A stretch of DNA of 64,000 nucleotides, from the NCBI RefSeq assembly GCF_006345805.1, contig NC_042998.1, forward strand, positions 135,532,001-135,596,000, read 5' to 3'. The translations under genes were made by a program, and so were the position numbers. The DNA is from Octopus sinensis (taxonomy: Eukaryota). Below the pieces are notes generated by a model. It had not been told where the DNA came from. It saw only the letters and a list, made by a program, of their open reading frames with translations, and searched no databases. Below are positions 52,295-63,903 of the stretch, piece by piece. Numbering within the stretch: position 1 is the first letter of the stretch; each line of letters starts with the position of its first letter.

Positions 52295-52707
52295 AGGCGC
52301 AGGAGTGGCTGTGTGGTAAGTAGCTTGCTAACCGACCACATGGTTCCGGGTTCAGTCCCACTGCGTGGCATCTTGGGCAAGTGTCTTCTGCTATAGCCCC
52401 GGGCCGACCAATGCCTTGTGAGTGGATTTGGTAGACGGAAACTGAAAGAAGCCTGTCGTATATATGTATATATAAGTGTGTGTGTATATGTTTGTGTGTC
52501 TGTGTTTGTCCCCCTAGCATTGCTTGACAACCGATGCTGGTGTGTTTACGTCCCCATCACTTAGCGGTTCAGCAAAAAAGAGACCGATAGAATAAGTACT
52601 GGGCTTACAAAAGAATAAGTCCCGGGGTCGATTTGCTCGACTAAAGGCGGTGCTCCAGCATGGCCGCAGTCAAATGACTGAAACAAGTAAAAGAGTAAAG
52701 AGTAAAG
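52295..52707 (+). mobile_element. SINE family A inserted between two hammerhead units
   Basis: Full-length copy ending in a gagtaaa repeat. Confidence 0.85.
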
Positions 52708-52820
52708 ATTTAGACGAAAATATTTCTGTGCATGACATTTAAATGAAACAGCATTATCTACGATGTTTTGTTTCAGAGAAATTTGTCAAAACAAAGGTCT
52801 TCGTTCAAAACTCCGGTGGA

Positions 52821-52866
52821 TCACCAGACACGGTGTTTTGACCTGATTCGGTTTCTTCAGTTACGA
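52821..52866 (-). ncRNA. Degenerate hammerhead (G12A), tandem unit 2
   Basis: ucguaa-CUGAAGA-AACCgaaucaGGUC-AAAA-CACcgu-GUC-ugguga; homologous to 52123-52168 including flanks. Confidence 0.55.
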
Positions 52867-53294
52867 ATATACTTGTTCCGATATAAAAACCGGTAAAAAA
52901 AAGTGCTGATTATTTTGAAATACTAATTGATTTTTAAAATAAACAATGTCTAGGTTTTGTAGCTTTTGTAAATAAAGGTAGTGTCAGTGAAAAATTACTG
53001 AGAAATCAAGTTATCTCTTATCAGTAAATGTCACGTTATAACTTTTGTATGACTTGTCAATGAGGAAGAAATTCAAAACATTTCTGTTGTGAAGAATTGC
53101 CCGAAACAAGCAAAGGGATACATACATACATACATACATACATACATACATACATACATACATGCATACGTCTGTATGTGTGTATATATACACACACGCG
53201 CGCGCGCGCACACACACACACTCATACCCAATATTTTACCCCCATATCTCGAAACAAAGTCTCTCCTACAAGAACAGTGTGGCACCAACACTTT

Positions 53295-53810
53295 TACTTA
53301 AGAGGCTTCATTTCTCTTTTAAAACAAGAAAATGTAGGTATTGTCTCAACACATTGCTTTCTTCACTGAAAATTGCCCTATTTCAAAATCTTTTGGAGAT
53401 GAATTGATAAACGTTTTCGATGCTGCTATAAAAAAAAACGATCATCTTTATAAAAGAAAGACCAGTTCGCTCCAGGATGTTTTAAAAAAACTGCGTGAAA
53501 CCCGGATAAAGAGTACATGAATTTGTTTACTGCATCCAGAAATCCAGTGGTCTAGTAGATGAAGATTTCTAGATAGGATATCTGAGCTGAAAGATTAATT
53601 GCGGGAAGATGTTTAATAAAACAATAAACCAGGGTTTTCCAAGTTATTTGAAGATGTAAATTATTGCAGAAGCTAGTCTATTTGGCATTTTTCATCTCGT
53701 GAATCAGTGAAACAAATTACTTCAAGACTCTTGATAAAATGTTTTGACTCTTGGTGACATGATACTTTGTTTTAAAAGAAAACTGACAAATATACTGAGA
53801 AAATTCAGAC
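53295..53810 (+). mobile_element. hAT (Buster/Charlie-like) transposase relic
   Basis: GFISLLKQENVGIVSTHCFLH (CxxH), FIKERPVRSRMF, KEYMNL...EIQWSSR, ILCFKRKL, with stops and frameshifts. Confidence 0.7.
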
Positions 53811-53934
53811 TTGCTTATGATTGCTCCAAAACCAAGATACAAATAGCGGCAAAACACGAGCAAAACAAAAAATTGTTCTCAGTATTTAAGGAAGCTGACA
53901 AATACAAACAAAAAATCATACCACCTAACAAATA

Positions 53935-54032
53935 TGAAGAAGAAGAAGAAGAAGAAGAAGAAGAAGAAGAAGAAGAAGAAGAAGAAGAAGAAGAAGAAGA
54001 AGAAGAAGAAGAAGAAGAAGAAGAAGAAGAAG
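53935..54032 (+). repeat. (GAA)n microsatellite abutting the R4/Dong 5' junction
   Basis: More than 30 GAA units. Confidence 0.95.
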
Positions 54033-54039
54033 ACGACGA

Positions 54040-54973
54040 CACAACAAAAGCTATAAAGCAAATGAAATCAAAACTAAAACTAAAACAGTAACGGACCATG
54101 ATAAAATGATGGCAAGAAAAGCCCCTTCATGGCAAATACTGGACTAAAGTAAATGCAAAAGAAATAGACAAAGAAAAATCCCAGCAATGGTTGAGAAGCT
54201 CAGGACTCAAAGCAGAGACAGAGGGATTTTTAATTGCAGCACAAGACCAAAGCCTCCCCACCAGAAATTACCAAGAACATGTCATGAAAAGAAATATAAC
54301 AAGTAACTGCAGAATATGTGGAGATGGACAAGAAACAATAAATCATATTGTCTCTAGCTGCCCAGTCCTGGCTAAGAAGGAATATATTCACAGACACGAC
54401 AGAGTGGAGACCTACATACACTGGAAGCTATGCCAACATTATGGAATAACAACAGAAAAAAGATGGTATAGACACACACCAGAAAAGGTAAAAGAAAACG
54501 AGAAAGCAACCATACTCTGGAATATGCCAATACACACAGATAGAGAAATTAAGGCCAACAGACCAGATATAGTTGTCAGAGATTACGAAGAAAAAAAAAT
54601 GCTTTATAATTCATGTATCAATAGCAACAGATGACAACGTTTCTCTAAAAGAAATGGAGAAACTTTCAAAATACAAAGACCTGGAAATAGAGGTAACTAG
54701 AATGTGGAATCTAAAAACAGAAACAATTCCTATCATAGTAGGTGCATTAGGCATGATAAAAAAATATTCAGGCAAATACATAACAAAAACACCAGGACTT
54801 ACAAACACATATAACATACAGAAAATTGCACTACTAGGCACTGCACACATCCTACGAAGAACACTTTCAATACAGTAACCATCAGAGCATCACAACAAAT
54901 CACAGCACATACCCAAGGCACACAGAGCTGCGCTCGGTAGTGAAGTGAAAGCACGTTATTAAAAAAAAAACTA

Positions 54974-55017
<44 letters not shown>
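54040..55017 (+). mobile_element. 5'-truncated R4/Dong-clade non-LTR retrotransposon (CCHC and restriction-like endonuclease) ending in (TAA)n
   Basis: WQEKPLHG, AETEGFLIAAQDQSL, CRICGDGQETINHIVSSC, RHD, NRPDIV, KLSKYKDL; one frameshift at about 54590; 3' UTR then (TAA)n at 54967-55017. Confidence 0.85.
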
Positions 55018-55018
<1 letters not shown>

Positions 55019-55404
55019 CGTTTCTACTGAAGGCATAAGGCCTGACATTTTGGGTGATGGGGATAGTCGATTACATCGACCACAGAGGTTCACTGGTACT
55101 TATGTTATCGACAGGCAAAGTCGATCTCGGTGGGATTTGAACTCAGAACGTAGCGACGGGCGAAATACCTATTTCTTTACTACCCACAAGGAGCTAAACA
55201 CAGAGAGGACAAACAAGGACAGACAAACGGATTAAGTCGATTATATCGACCCCAATGCGTAACTGGTACTTATTTAATCGACCCCGAAAGGATGAAAGGC
55301 AAAGTCGACCTCGGCGGAATTTGAACTCAGAACGTAGCGGCAGACGAAATACCGCTAAGCATTTCGTCCAGCGCGCTAACGATTCTTCCACCTCGTCACC
55401 TTAC

Positions 55405-57172
55405 TAATAATAATAATAACGTTTTCTTTATTGGCCACATGGGCTTAGATAAAACTTACAGGGATGCAAATACAAAGGCACAAACGGAGGGGTTTACCGA
55501 GTAAACATATAAAACAATAACAAAAACTAGCAATAAAATTAAACAAATACAATTCTCCAAAAGGGGGTGAGGCACACTTTTCCCGTTCTTTTGCCAGTTC
55601 AGGTAGACATCTGCCAAGAAGTCGTCGAACACCTCTGGCATACTTGCGTACAGCTCGTAGCGAGACCATCTGAACCTGGCGATCTGCTCCCTTATTTCAG
55701 CAGCTGTGATCGGCCGTTCACAACAATCCGACTCCTCTGTCAAGAGTCACGGCAGCCCGTCGTGGTATGTACCGAAGTTCACCCTGCGATATGTACTGCC
55801 ACTCGCTCCAAACAGCTGTGCAAAATGCCGCACATCTCCTTGGAATAGTGTAGCTAGCGATTGTCCCGACTTGCCAAAGACTGAATTATAGTTTTAAGGC
55901 TACGTTTTGCCTCTGCCACCCGGGACCATCGAATGGTTTCCATTCCCTCGTAACTTAGCGAAAGTACCTTAGCCCTGAGTACGCAACCTTCGTGCTTTAC
56001 GTTGAAATGATGGTCCAGGGCCAGTTTCGTTGCAAGCACGTCGGTCGCGATGCCTTTCTTTAATGCTTCTTCTAATTTATTGCTTTTCTACTTTATCTCT
56101 CTCTAAAGCTACGTACTTACTAAACCTAATCGATTCTGCTTTTATTGCTCTTTTTTAAGGCGAGCCACCATCTATTATTAATTATTGCCCCCGTCAATGC
56201 TCTCTTTACTAGCTCTCTAAGCCGGTCCCTGTAAGCCTGGTATACCGGGAACGACGAGTTTAGCTTCCAGTAACCGGGTCCCTGTCAATGTAACCCATCT
56301 AGGTCGAGCGTACATACCACGACTTTGTGGTCTGTGTAGCCAACTATTTGAAAATGTGGACACCCTATGCTATCCCTACCTCCTACTCTGTAGAAAATCC
56401 TAAGTACGATCTGGACGACCCGTTACGGTTTCACCAAATCCACATTGGCGCATTGTGATGGACCTGTCGGTACCTGTCAGCTAAGTGGAAACTATTGAGC
56501 GGGTTCGAGAGGCTTTTGCACCCCACTTTCCCACTAGTTATTCCCACATAGTCTATGCGTTCGTCTAAGGTACCGTTCCAGTTCCCCCACTAGCACTGAA
56601 AACGAGGTAATTTCTACTCTTCTCCTCTGGAAGCCATCTGCTCACGATACCAGAGGGCGCACACTCTCCTACCCTGATGTAATCTCCAGGGATACAGGCA
56701 TCCAGCAACAGGACCTCCGTAATGCTATGATGGACCGTGAAGTCTGGCGTAACATAGAAAATTCCATTGTCTCGACCACGGTCGAACAATGATGATGATG
56801 ATGATGAGCACTAAGGTGCGGGACGTCCTAGAAAGGTCTCTAGACGCCTGAAGAACTCTGACCGACCCTGCCCGCTCGGAGCATAGGCCGCTATTAGTCT
56901 GAAAGCATAGCCTTCCTTGCTTGCTACGATCTATGGAGGTGGCTCGTACTGCGAGGTCCAAGCCCCTCCGAAACAACATGGCCAAACTGCCTCCCCCTCC
57001 CGGCCGACTTGGAGATAAGAATATCTCGTAGTCATTGAGGAAGGGAGCAAGAACCTGTACCTCGGCAACTCTCGCCTCTCTGATAGCCACCACATCCAAT
57101 CGTAGAGACGTGAGGTCGCTGAGGAGGTAATTTTTTTTTCCAGCGACCGTACAGTCCCTGCGCATTCACATT
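55405..57172 (-). mobile_element. Internally deleted Tx1/L1-group LINE relic
   Basis: APE start NAQGL...LLSDL...DVVAI, RT lead-in CERPITAAEI...YELY...NWQKNG, 3' AATAAA plus short (TTA)n; interrupted by other repeats. Confidence 0.7.
56570..56806 (+). mobile_element. RTE-clade 3' fragment nested in the Tx1/L1 relic
   Basis: LLLWKP...RGRTLSYPDVISRDTG...DLRNAMMDREVWR followed by a (GAT)n tail. Confidence 0.7.
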
Positions 57173-57796
57173 ACCCATTCTGAGTGCAACCATTAGTTTG
57201 GATAAAACGAGTGAGAAAACACTTACCTATATGTATCACAAGTTGCTGCTCCCACCGTCGGCAATCCTTTATATATAGTTCTTTTTATGGTGGCCCGGTA
57301 TACTCCGATGGCATTCGGGTGCTTTGTTTTTAAAAGTGTGCATATGTTTTGTTGTATGACAATTTTTATTGTTTGTGGAATATGGGTGTAATGTAGCTGT
57401 CTTCGTCAATGTTTAATATATTGTTTAATGTCTGCATCAATTCTGTATTGCTTGTGTCTATTGCTGTGTAATTGTCTAAGTTATTATTTTTGTTTTTGTA
57501 TTTGTTTCAGTGTGACGGTTCTGTTCTTGTGTGTTCATGCTAGGTTGTGTTTATGTGAGAGTGTCTGGAGTGGCGTCACTTTTTATGTTTTCCGATTTTT
57601 TTTGTGTGTTGCTGCTTCTTTTTTCTTCAGTTCTTTGCTTTCTCTTCCCTTTTACTATTGGCCACTCCAGGGATTTCCTGTCCAATGATAATAATAATAA
57701 TAATAGTTTCAAATTTTGATGAAATGGTGAAAGGCAAAGTTGAGCGAAAGCATGGTACATGGTACCAAGTCATCTTTGATTGTGAGTGAAAATCGG

Positions 57797-57836
<40 letters not shown>

Positions 57837-58738
57837 TTTGTTTGTTTGTTATTGGCTATTTTTTTTGCAAATAAAAATAACCCAAATGTTTTAAGCTTAC
57901 AGGATTAAATACAGACCTCAATTTTGGAAATAAATAGTTGGCAATGAATGAAAGGTGTTAACTACCTCAACCAACCAAAGTCTTGTTTCTAATCACTAAA
58001 TTTAGCATTTCGGAAAGCAAATTTGATTTATGGGGCTGACACGCTGCTTACTGTTTTACCAATGAGGAAACCTCTGCGTGGTCATTGTTTTTGCTAAAGA
58101 TAGCAACCAAAGTCCTCCTCAAATTATATACTATCGTCTTCAATAAATAGGTCACATTAGATAGTGTAGTCCTAGATATACAATGCATGGGGAAAAAATA
58201 AGATGATTATCGATGGAATGCCTTTGATCATAAGTCTATTCGGTTAAGGTGGATGTAGGGTTAAACAAAAGCAACAAAAACAAATTTAACTGAACTACAC
58301 GACATACGAATTATCTCCCTTCAACCTTCTTTCCTTGAAGAAGGCCTGAATTGTTGAAGGTACTTTATTAATTTATCTATCGTGTAATGAGATAACCCTT
58401 AGATAACTGAATCTACAAATTAAAGGCAAAGTCGACCTCGGCGGAATTTGAACTCAGAACGTAGCGGCAGACGAAATACCGCCAAGCATTTTGCCCGGCG
58501 TGCTAACGTTTCTGCCAGCTCGCCAAGGAAGAACAACACTGAGGGAGTTGCGTGAATAGAGATAAGATCTTTGAAAACTGGGTCTCAAAAGAGTTAGATC
58601 CTTTATCAGCCTTAGGACATATAGGCCGGAGCTTAACCTGGATTTCATGGAGTAGATTGACATTTCTTTACGTATAATTTAGAATAACAGTTTTAGTTTT
58701 CAATGTAATAAAGGATTTAACCTAAGTATTACCAGCTT

Positions 58739-59152
58739 GGAACTTTTCGATTTGACCGGCAGTTTTTTCTAGCGGTGTCATATGAAATTGTCACCCATAA
58801 TTATGACCCTAGTATCGATCTATTGCATTTCAATCTGTTTTAAGGTTAGGGTTAGAGTTAGGGGTGGGGGAAGGGTACCTTTTTTTCTTCAGAAATGTAA
58901 ATAAACTCAATCTGTTTCTTAAACGAGGGACATATTCATACGGCACAGAATGTTTTCACCTCAATAGACGTCATTGATTGGTTGAAATTGCAGAAAAACA
59001 ACAATAAATATCTTATAAACCATCGAATTTTCTCAATAAAGCCAAGAGAAAAAGACGTTTTATAAACGCATTCTATCAGTATACGAAGTTTAAAAGTGTT
59101 TAGTTGCGTGGAAATTATTAAAAAAAATCTGCCGGTCAAACCGAAAAGATCC
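58739..59152. mobile_element. MITE-like element with 24-bp inverted ends
   Basis: ggaacttttcgatttgaccggcag and ctgccggtcaaaccgaaaagatcc (22/24 complementary); internal ggttag repeats. Confidence 0.7.
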
Positions 59153-59637
59153 ACCAATTTTTTGCCTGGTTTTGATATGATATAATTCAGCAATGTCACC
59201 AAGTTGTAGACATTGTGCATGCAGAAGGTGCCCTTGAACAATCTTCCCCGGTTAATGAGCCAAGCCTTTGGTCAGTATCAAATTGCGCCCTCTCTCGTAT
59301 TATAAATTGATATGCCAATAAATTAGGTCTGACACAGAATAGTCTTTCCTAATGTTTAAACAGCAGCTGTGTAAGCCCTGTATATTCATTCCTAACGGAT
59401 TTACATTGCTTTACATACATTACTGTTCCCACTTTGTACCGTTCTAATCAAACTCTCCAACTAAAACTACTGTTTCGTACAAAATTTTGATTAATTTTCG
59501 TCTTATCTTTCCTTCGACATCATACTTAGAAGCTAGTTTAAAATGGTTGTGATGCGATCGAGAATTTTCCTCTAAACACCCTCAGATTTTATGGCGATTT
59601 TAATACAATTTCGTGCTGTCGCCTAATTTCTGGAGAC

Positions 59638-60025
59638 AGGCGCAGGAGTGGCTGTGTGGTAAGTAGTTTGTTTACCAACCACATGGTTCCGGGTTCAGTC
59701 CCACTGCGTGGCACCTTGGGCAAATGTCTTCTACTATAGCCTCGGGCCGATCAAAGCCTTGTGAGTGGATTTGGTAGACGGAAACTGAAAGAAGCCCGTC
59801 GTATATATGTATATATATGCGTGTGTGTTAGTGTGTCTGCCCCTCTAGCATTGCTTGACAACCGATGCTGGTGTGTTTATGTCCCCATTACCTAGCGGTT
59901 CGGCAAAAGAGACCGATAGAATAAGTACTGGGCTTACAAAAGAATAAGTCCCGGGGTCGAGTTGCTCGATTAAAGGCGGTGCTCCAGCATGGCCGCAGTC
60001 AAATGACTGAAACAAGTAAAAGAGT
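59638..60025 (+). mobile_element. SINE family A
   Basis: Full-length copy. Confidence 0.85.
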
Positions 60026-61528
60026 GTTACCAGAAACTATAATGTGTGTATACGCTGTTATACATTATTTATTCATTACGGTTAATTAAGGTAACGAATA
60101 TATTCTAAATCATCCTTTACTGCGATGCAGGGATAACTGACTGGGCGTGATTAGTACAGTTAAACTTTAATTTTAATTTCAACAGATGAAATGTTTGAAT
60201 GGTAAATGTGAGCAGGAAGAGGGAGACACTAATGGCGTTGTAATATTTTAGATTGGGCAATAATGATTAAGGAATGGAAGATTATTTAGTAGAAACGTCG
60301 AAATGAGGACATACAGATAGCTCGAATCGACCGTGGTGATGTGCAGTTAGTAATTTCAGAGATCGTTGTATTAGTAATAATAATAATAAAAAAGGGTAAA
60401 TGAGTGAAGGTTTGACTGTATTTAAAAACTGGTATCCACACTCGCGTGTATAAGAGTGTGTGAAGGCGCGTGTCCCTCTGGTTACAGTGTTGGGTTCTAT
60501 TCATGGACTGGGCCGCACGATGTGTCTTTGAATAAGGCATATCAGTCCACGTTGCTCCAGTTTACTCAGTTGAAAATTAATATGCACCTAGTGCTGGTGC
60601 AGCCTTTTCTTTCCTCTAACAGCCACATTCTTGATGTTTCGCTGAATTAAGCATCAGGAGACCTAATGAACAATTAACAGCAGCGTAGAGCAAGACAATA
60701 GGCCATACTGGCTTGCGAGTAATGGCTATGTAAGCGCGCACACACACACACACACACACACACTATGCGTTCGTGCGTATGTTTTAGTTGTTACATACAT
60801 TCGTCGGACAGTTGCTAGACATAAAAACTAATCAATCGGTGGAATGATTGTAATGACATCAAATGAAGTCATGACTTGCTTGCGAATCGGATTGAGAGAG
60901 AGGTCAGCGTAATGTCAGCCTGGAGACAAAACGAAATCAAAACGGTTGGGAGTAAATCTGGATGAAGTGAATATGACCAGGGTTTCTGTGGTGTCTTGTC
61001 AAGAAACCAGCATTTCAGAACACTTACTAAAAAGTCGCCTTTCTAATCGTTGGGCCTCCTATTGTTCTCGTCCTCTCAATTCCATCGAGTGGATAGATAC
61101 GCCTTAACTCACCGAAAGTTTGGAATTGAACCCTGGAAATTTGAACGTAGAAATACGTTTCTTACTTGAAATATTATTATATGCAACTTTTGAGAACTTT
61201 TTAACATTTACTTCTCAATTTTTTGCCTTTAATCAGAGTATACGAAGACAGTTCATCTTGACCCTTTCCCTGTCTTGTGTATTACATGTGATACATAAGA
61301 CATTTTCATGGCGTCCATGCATCGTATAGGTCACACATTCCCAATTTTTTCAACCACCAGAGTAACCTGGGATATATGAAAGAAAAGCTTTATATTACTC
61401 AGAGTATACGAAACGAGGATTAATTAAAACTCAGAAACAAGCCTGGATGTTTAGGACAAAGTTATGAGAATGCTTTGAATAGCAAAGGGTTAATTAAATG
61501 ACACAAAGTCAGATAATTAGATAAATAA

Positions 61529-61534
61529 TTTATT
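61529..61534 (-). promoter_or_regulatory. Candidate AATAAA poly(A) signal for the MLLE gene
   Basis: tttatt on + strand about 1.1 kb downstream of the stop in AT-rich UTR-like sequence; other candidates exist. Confidence 0.25.
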
Positions 61535-62608
61535 TGAAAAACAATCGTAACTTTAGATAACTTTGACAAAATATATGCATACAATGAAAAACATTACAAA
61601 ATATTTCTTTAAGATTTCCATTAAATCATACACATCATTTTAGTGTGTAAAATTACATTTGAGGACAAACCACCAAGAAAAGAAAATGATTAAACAAAGA
61701 AAGTGTTTTTAAGTTTAAGAATGAAAAACACCTTTGTCAGTTTATAAAACCCAGATTGATCTTAAGGATACCTTATCTAAAAGGACGGGACTTGTTAGAA
61801 ACGCAAGCGAGATTTGGAAACTAACTTTATTTAAAAACAAATTTGGGGTCTCACGTAGCGAAGTCCTTAAAGATAGAATCCCCTAAAGCAGTGCTTCAGA
61901 AGTAAAAAAGGGTTTCTTACAATTTAACTGGAGTATATGAGAACCCACGTGTTCTCTTATTAAAACCAGTTCCCTCCGAAATTTTCACTACAGATTTTAA
62001 GAATATTTTTTAAAAACATATGTATATCTTATATATTTAAAATAATGTTTAATATATTCAAGAGTTAAAGAAGTATTTTAATGGTTTCAAAAAGTGAGAA
62101 TATAAAGTCGTACAGAAGTGAACAATATTAAAAACAGTCGATATATATATGACACTGATTTGGTAAATAGAATTTATCTTTTAAGACCAACTTATAGAAT
62201 TTCTATATGAAAGCTTCGTCTCACAAAAATGCGAACAACTAGGATAATCCTAGTATTAACAAAGAGTGTTCACTTCAAAGTAATGTTTTTATATATAATT
62301 GATATATTATGAGCTATACTGTTTCTAAGATAGGCACCAGGCCTGAAAATTGGGGAGAAGTTTGCTGATTACATCAGCCACAAAACTTGACTTGTATTTT
62401 ATTTTATCAACCCCGGAGGAATAAATGGCAACATCGATTTCGGTGGGATTTGAACTCGCTAAAGAGCCAGATGAAATTCTACAAGGTATTTTTGTCCACG
62501 CCCTACCGATTTTACCAATCCAATTTTCACATAATGTTAAAATAGTCGCGTGTGCATTATAAAATTATTCTTAGACATTTTGGTACTCATGTATCTAAAA
62601 TGTTACCA

Positions 62609-63625
62609 TTAATAAAATGATTGGGTTTCTTCCTCAGAAAAGAGGAATTCTTTGGATTCTTCCATACAATAAATTGAGTCATCAGACAACTTCATTTTGC
62701 TGTGAATCTCGTCAAGTTTCAAATGCAAAAAGGCCCGACACCATAACATATGAATAAGTTCAGAATTATCAATCCCCTCTATAAAAGTTAGAATCTTGTG
62801 ATGAAATCGAGGATAAAGTGATTTTATCAACGGGAAAAACTGTTTTATCAAAATTTTTTTATGAACTTTTGACGTTAAAGGAACACTGCTAAGTTCACTG
62901 AATATTTTTCCTCCTTGTCCTTGTATTACGATCTGCGGAGATATTTCCTCTGTTATTCTTTCATCGTCATCAGTGGATGTTTGGTCACCTTCAAGAGTCG
63001 AGAATAAATCTTCTCCCAGCAGATGGCGCTCATCTACAATCTCAACTGATTCGTTTATATTGACGAGACTGTTTTTTACTGCATATGGTTGTTTCCCGGA
63101 ATAAGCTATTATCTGAGAACGAATTTCATCAATGTGCATTGTGCGGCAGTCAGCGCATTGTAAGAGATGAAGAATAGCCGAGTTGTCCAAATTTGCCAGT
63201 TCATTTATAATAATATCGGCAATATCTGCACAGTGATGTTGTAGGACAACCAAAAGTCGTATTTTGAGTAACCTGTTCAAAGGTTGGCGTCCAGTGAGTA
63301 ATTGGTGTAGAACGTTATTAGGTTCCGAAAAGTCTTTACACATATCAATAACAATAAGAGCCTCTTTCATTCGAACATCAAAGAAGTAACGACAGTTTAA
63401 CATATGGAACAATTCAGAATAATGGAATGTAGATGCCATTACATAGATGATTTGTTTGGCTATTTCAGGATAGAGGCTTTTGATAACCGGGTACAACAGC
63501 TCACCGATTATAACCATTCTTTCCGCTGGGGAGGCCTTGATTAAGGAATTTATAAATTTACGCTTTGCGTTCATGGATTGTGAAATCGTATTCTGTGATC
63601 TTGTTTCAGATTTTATGGAAGACAT
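62609..63625 (-). CDS. 338-aa protein of three tandem MLLE (PABC) domains plus a partial fourth, no RRM
   Basis: Uninterrupted non-repetitive ORF. aa28-95 (LIKASPAERMVIIGELLYPVIKSLYPEIAKQII...SELFHMLN...RMKEALIVI), aa109-173 (...LDNSAILHLL...HIDEI) and aa245-312 (FFPLIKSLYP...IDNSELIHML...KLDEI) each resemble the recalled PABPC1 MLLE ([65 protein letters not shown]). In-frame TGA at 63638-63640 lies 15 nt upstream of the ATG. Confidence 0.85.
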   Translation of the reverse strand: MSSIKSETRSQNTISQSMNAKRKFINSLIKASPAERMVIIGELLYPVIKSLYPEIAKQIIYVMASTFHYSELFHMLNCRYFFDVRMKEALIVIDMCKDFSEPNNVLHQLLTGRQPLNRLLKIRLLVVLQHHCADIADIIINELANLDNSAILHLLQCADCRTMHIDEIRSQIIAYSGKQPYAVKNSLVNINESVEIVDERHLLGEDLFSTLEGDQTSTDDDERITEEISPQIVIQGQGGKIFSELSSVPLTSKVHKKILIKQFFPLIKSLYPRFHHKILTFIEGIDNSELIHMLWCRAFLHLKLDEIHSKMKLSDDSIYCMEESKEFLFSEEETQSFY

Positions 63626-63720
63626 GTTAATAAAAAGTCACTTCAGAATGGGACAAACTTTGCCGACGATTGACCCTGCAAACCTCAAAAGTAATCTGAA
63701 ATCAAGAACAATAGGACAGT

Positions 63721-63760
63721 CTGTAAAAATTTAACACATACAGGAAGAAAAATAATCAAA
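63721..63760 (-). promoter_or_regulatory. Probable 3' splice acceptor upstream of the MLLE coding exon (5' UTR intron)
   Basis: Minus strand reads ...ttttcttcctgtatgtgttaaatttttacag|actgtcc; exon would start at 63720, 95 nt before the ATG. Confidence 0.5.
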
Positions 63761-63903
63761 GCTTTATTAATACTGGCTAGTATGTGTGGCACAGTTTCAA
63801 AAATTTCAAAGTTGAAAGCTTAATTACCTCGGTTCACTAACTATTTAGAATAGGTTCACGTTTTCAACATTCATCCTTATGTATCCTTCAAAAATTATAC
63901 AAA

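Noticed and set aside
53744-54091. Poly-Glu ORFs (also 25437-25631)
   Set aside because: (GAA)n tracts; the 53744 ORF fuses a hAT relic, the microsatellite and the R4/Dong junction.
62630-62675. C-terminal SKEFLF of the MLLE protein as an autoinhibitory PAM2 motif
   Set aside because: Only KEF matches; the conserved Leu, Ala and Pro positions of PAM2 do not.
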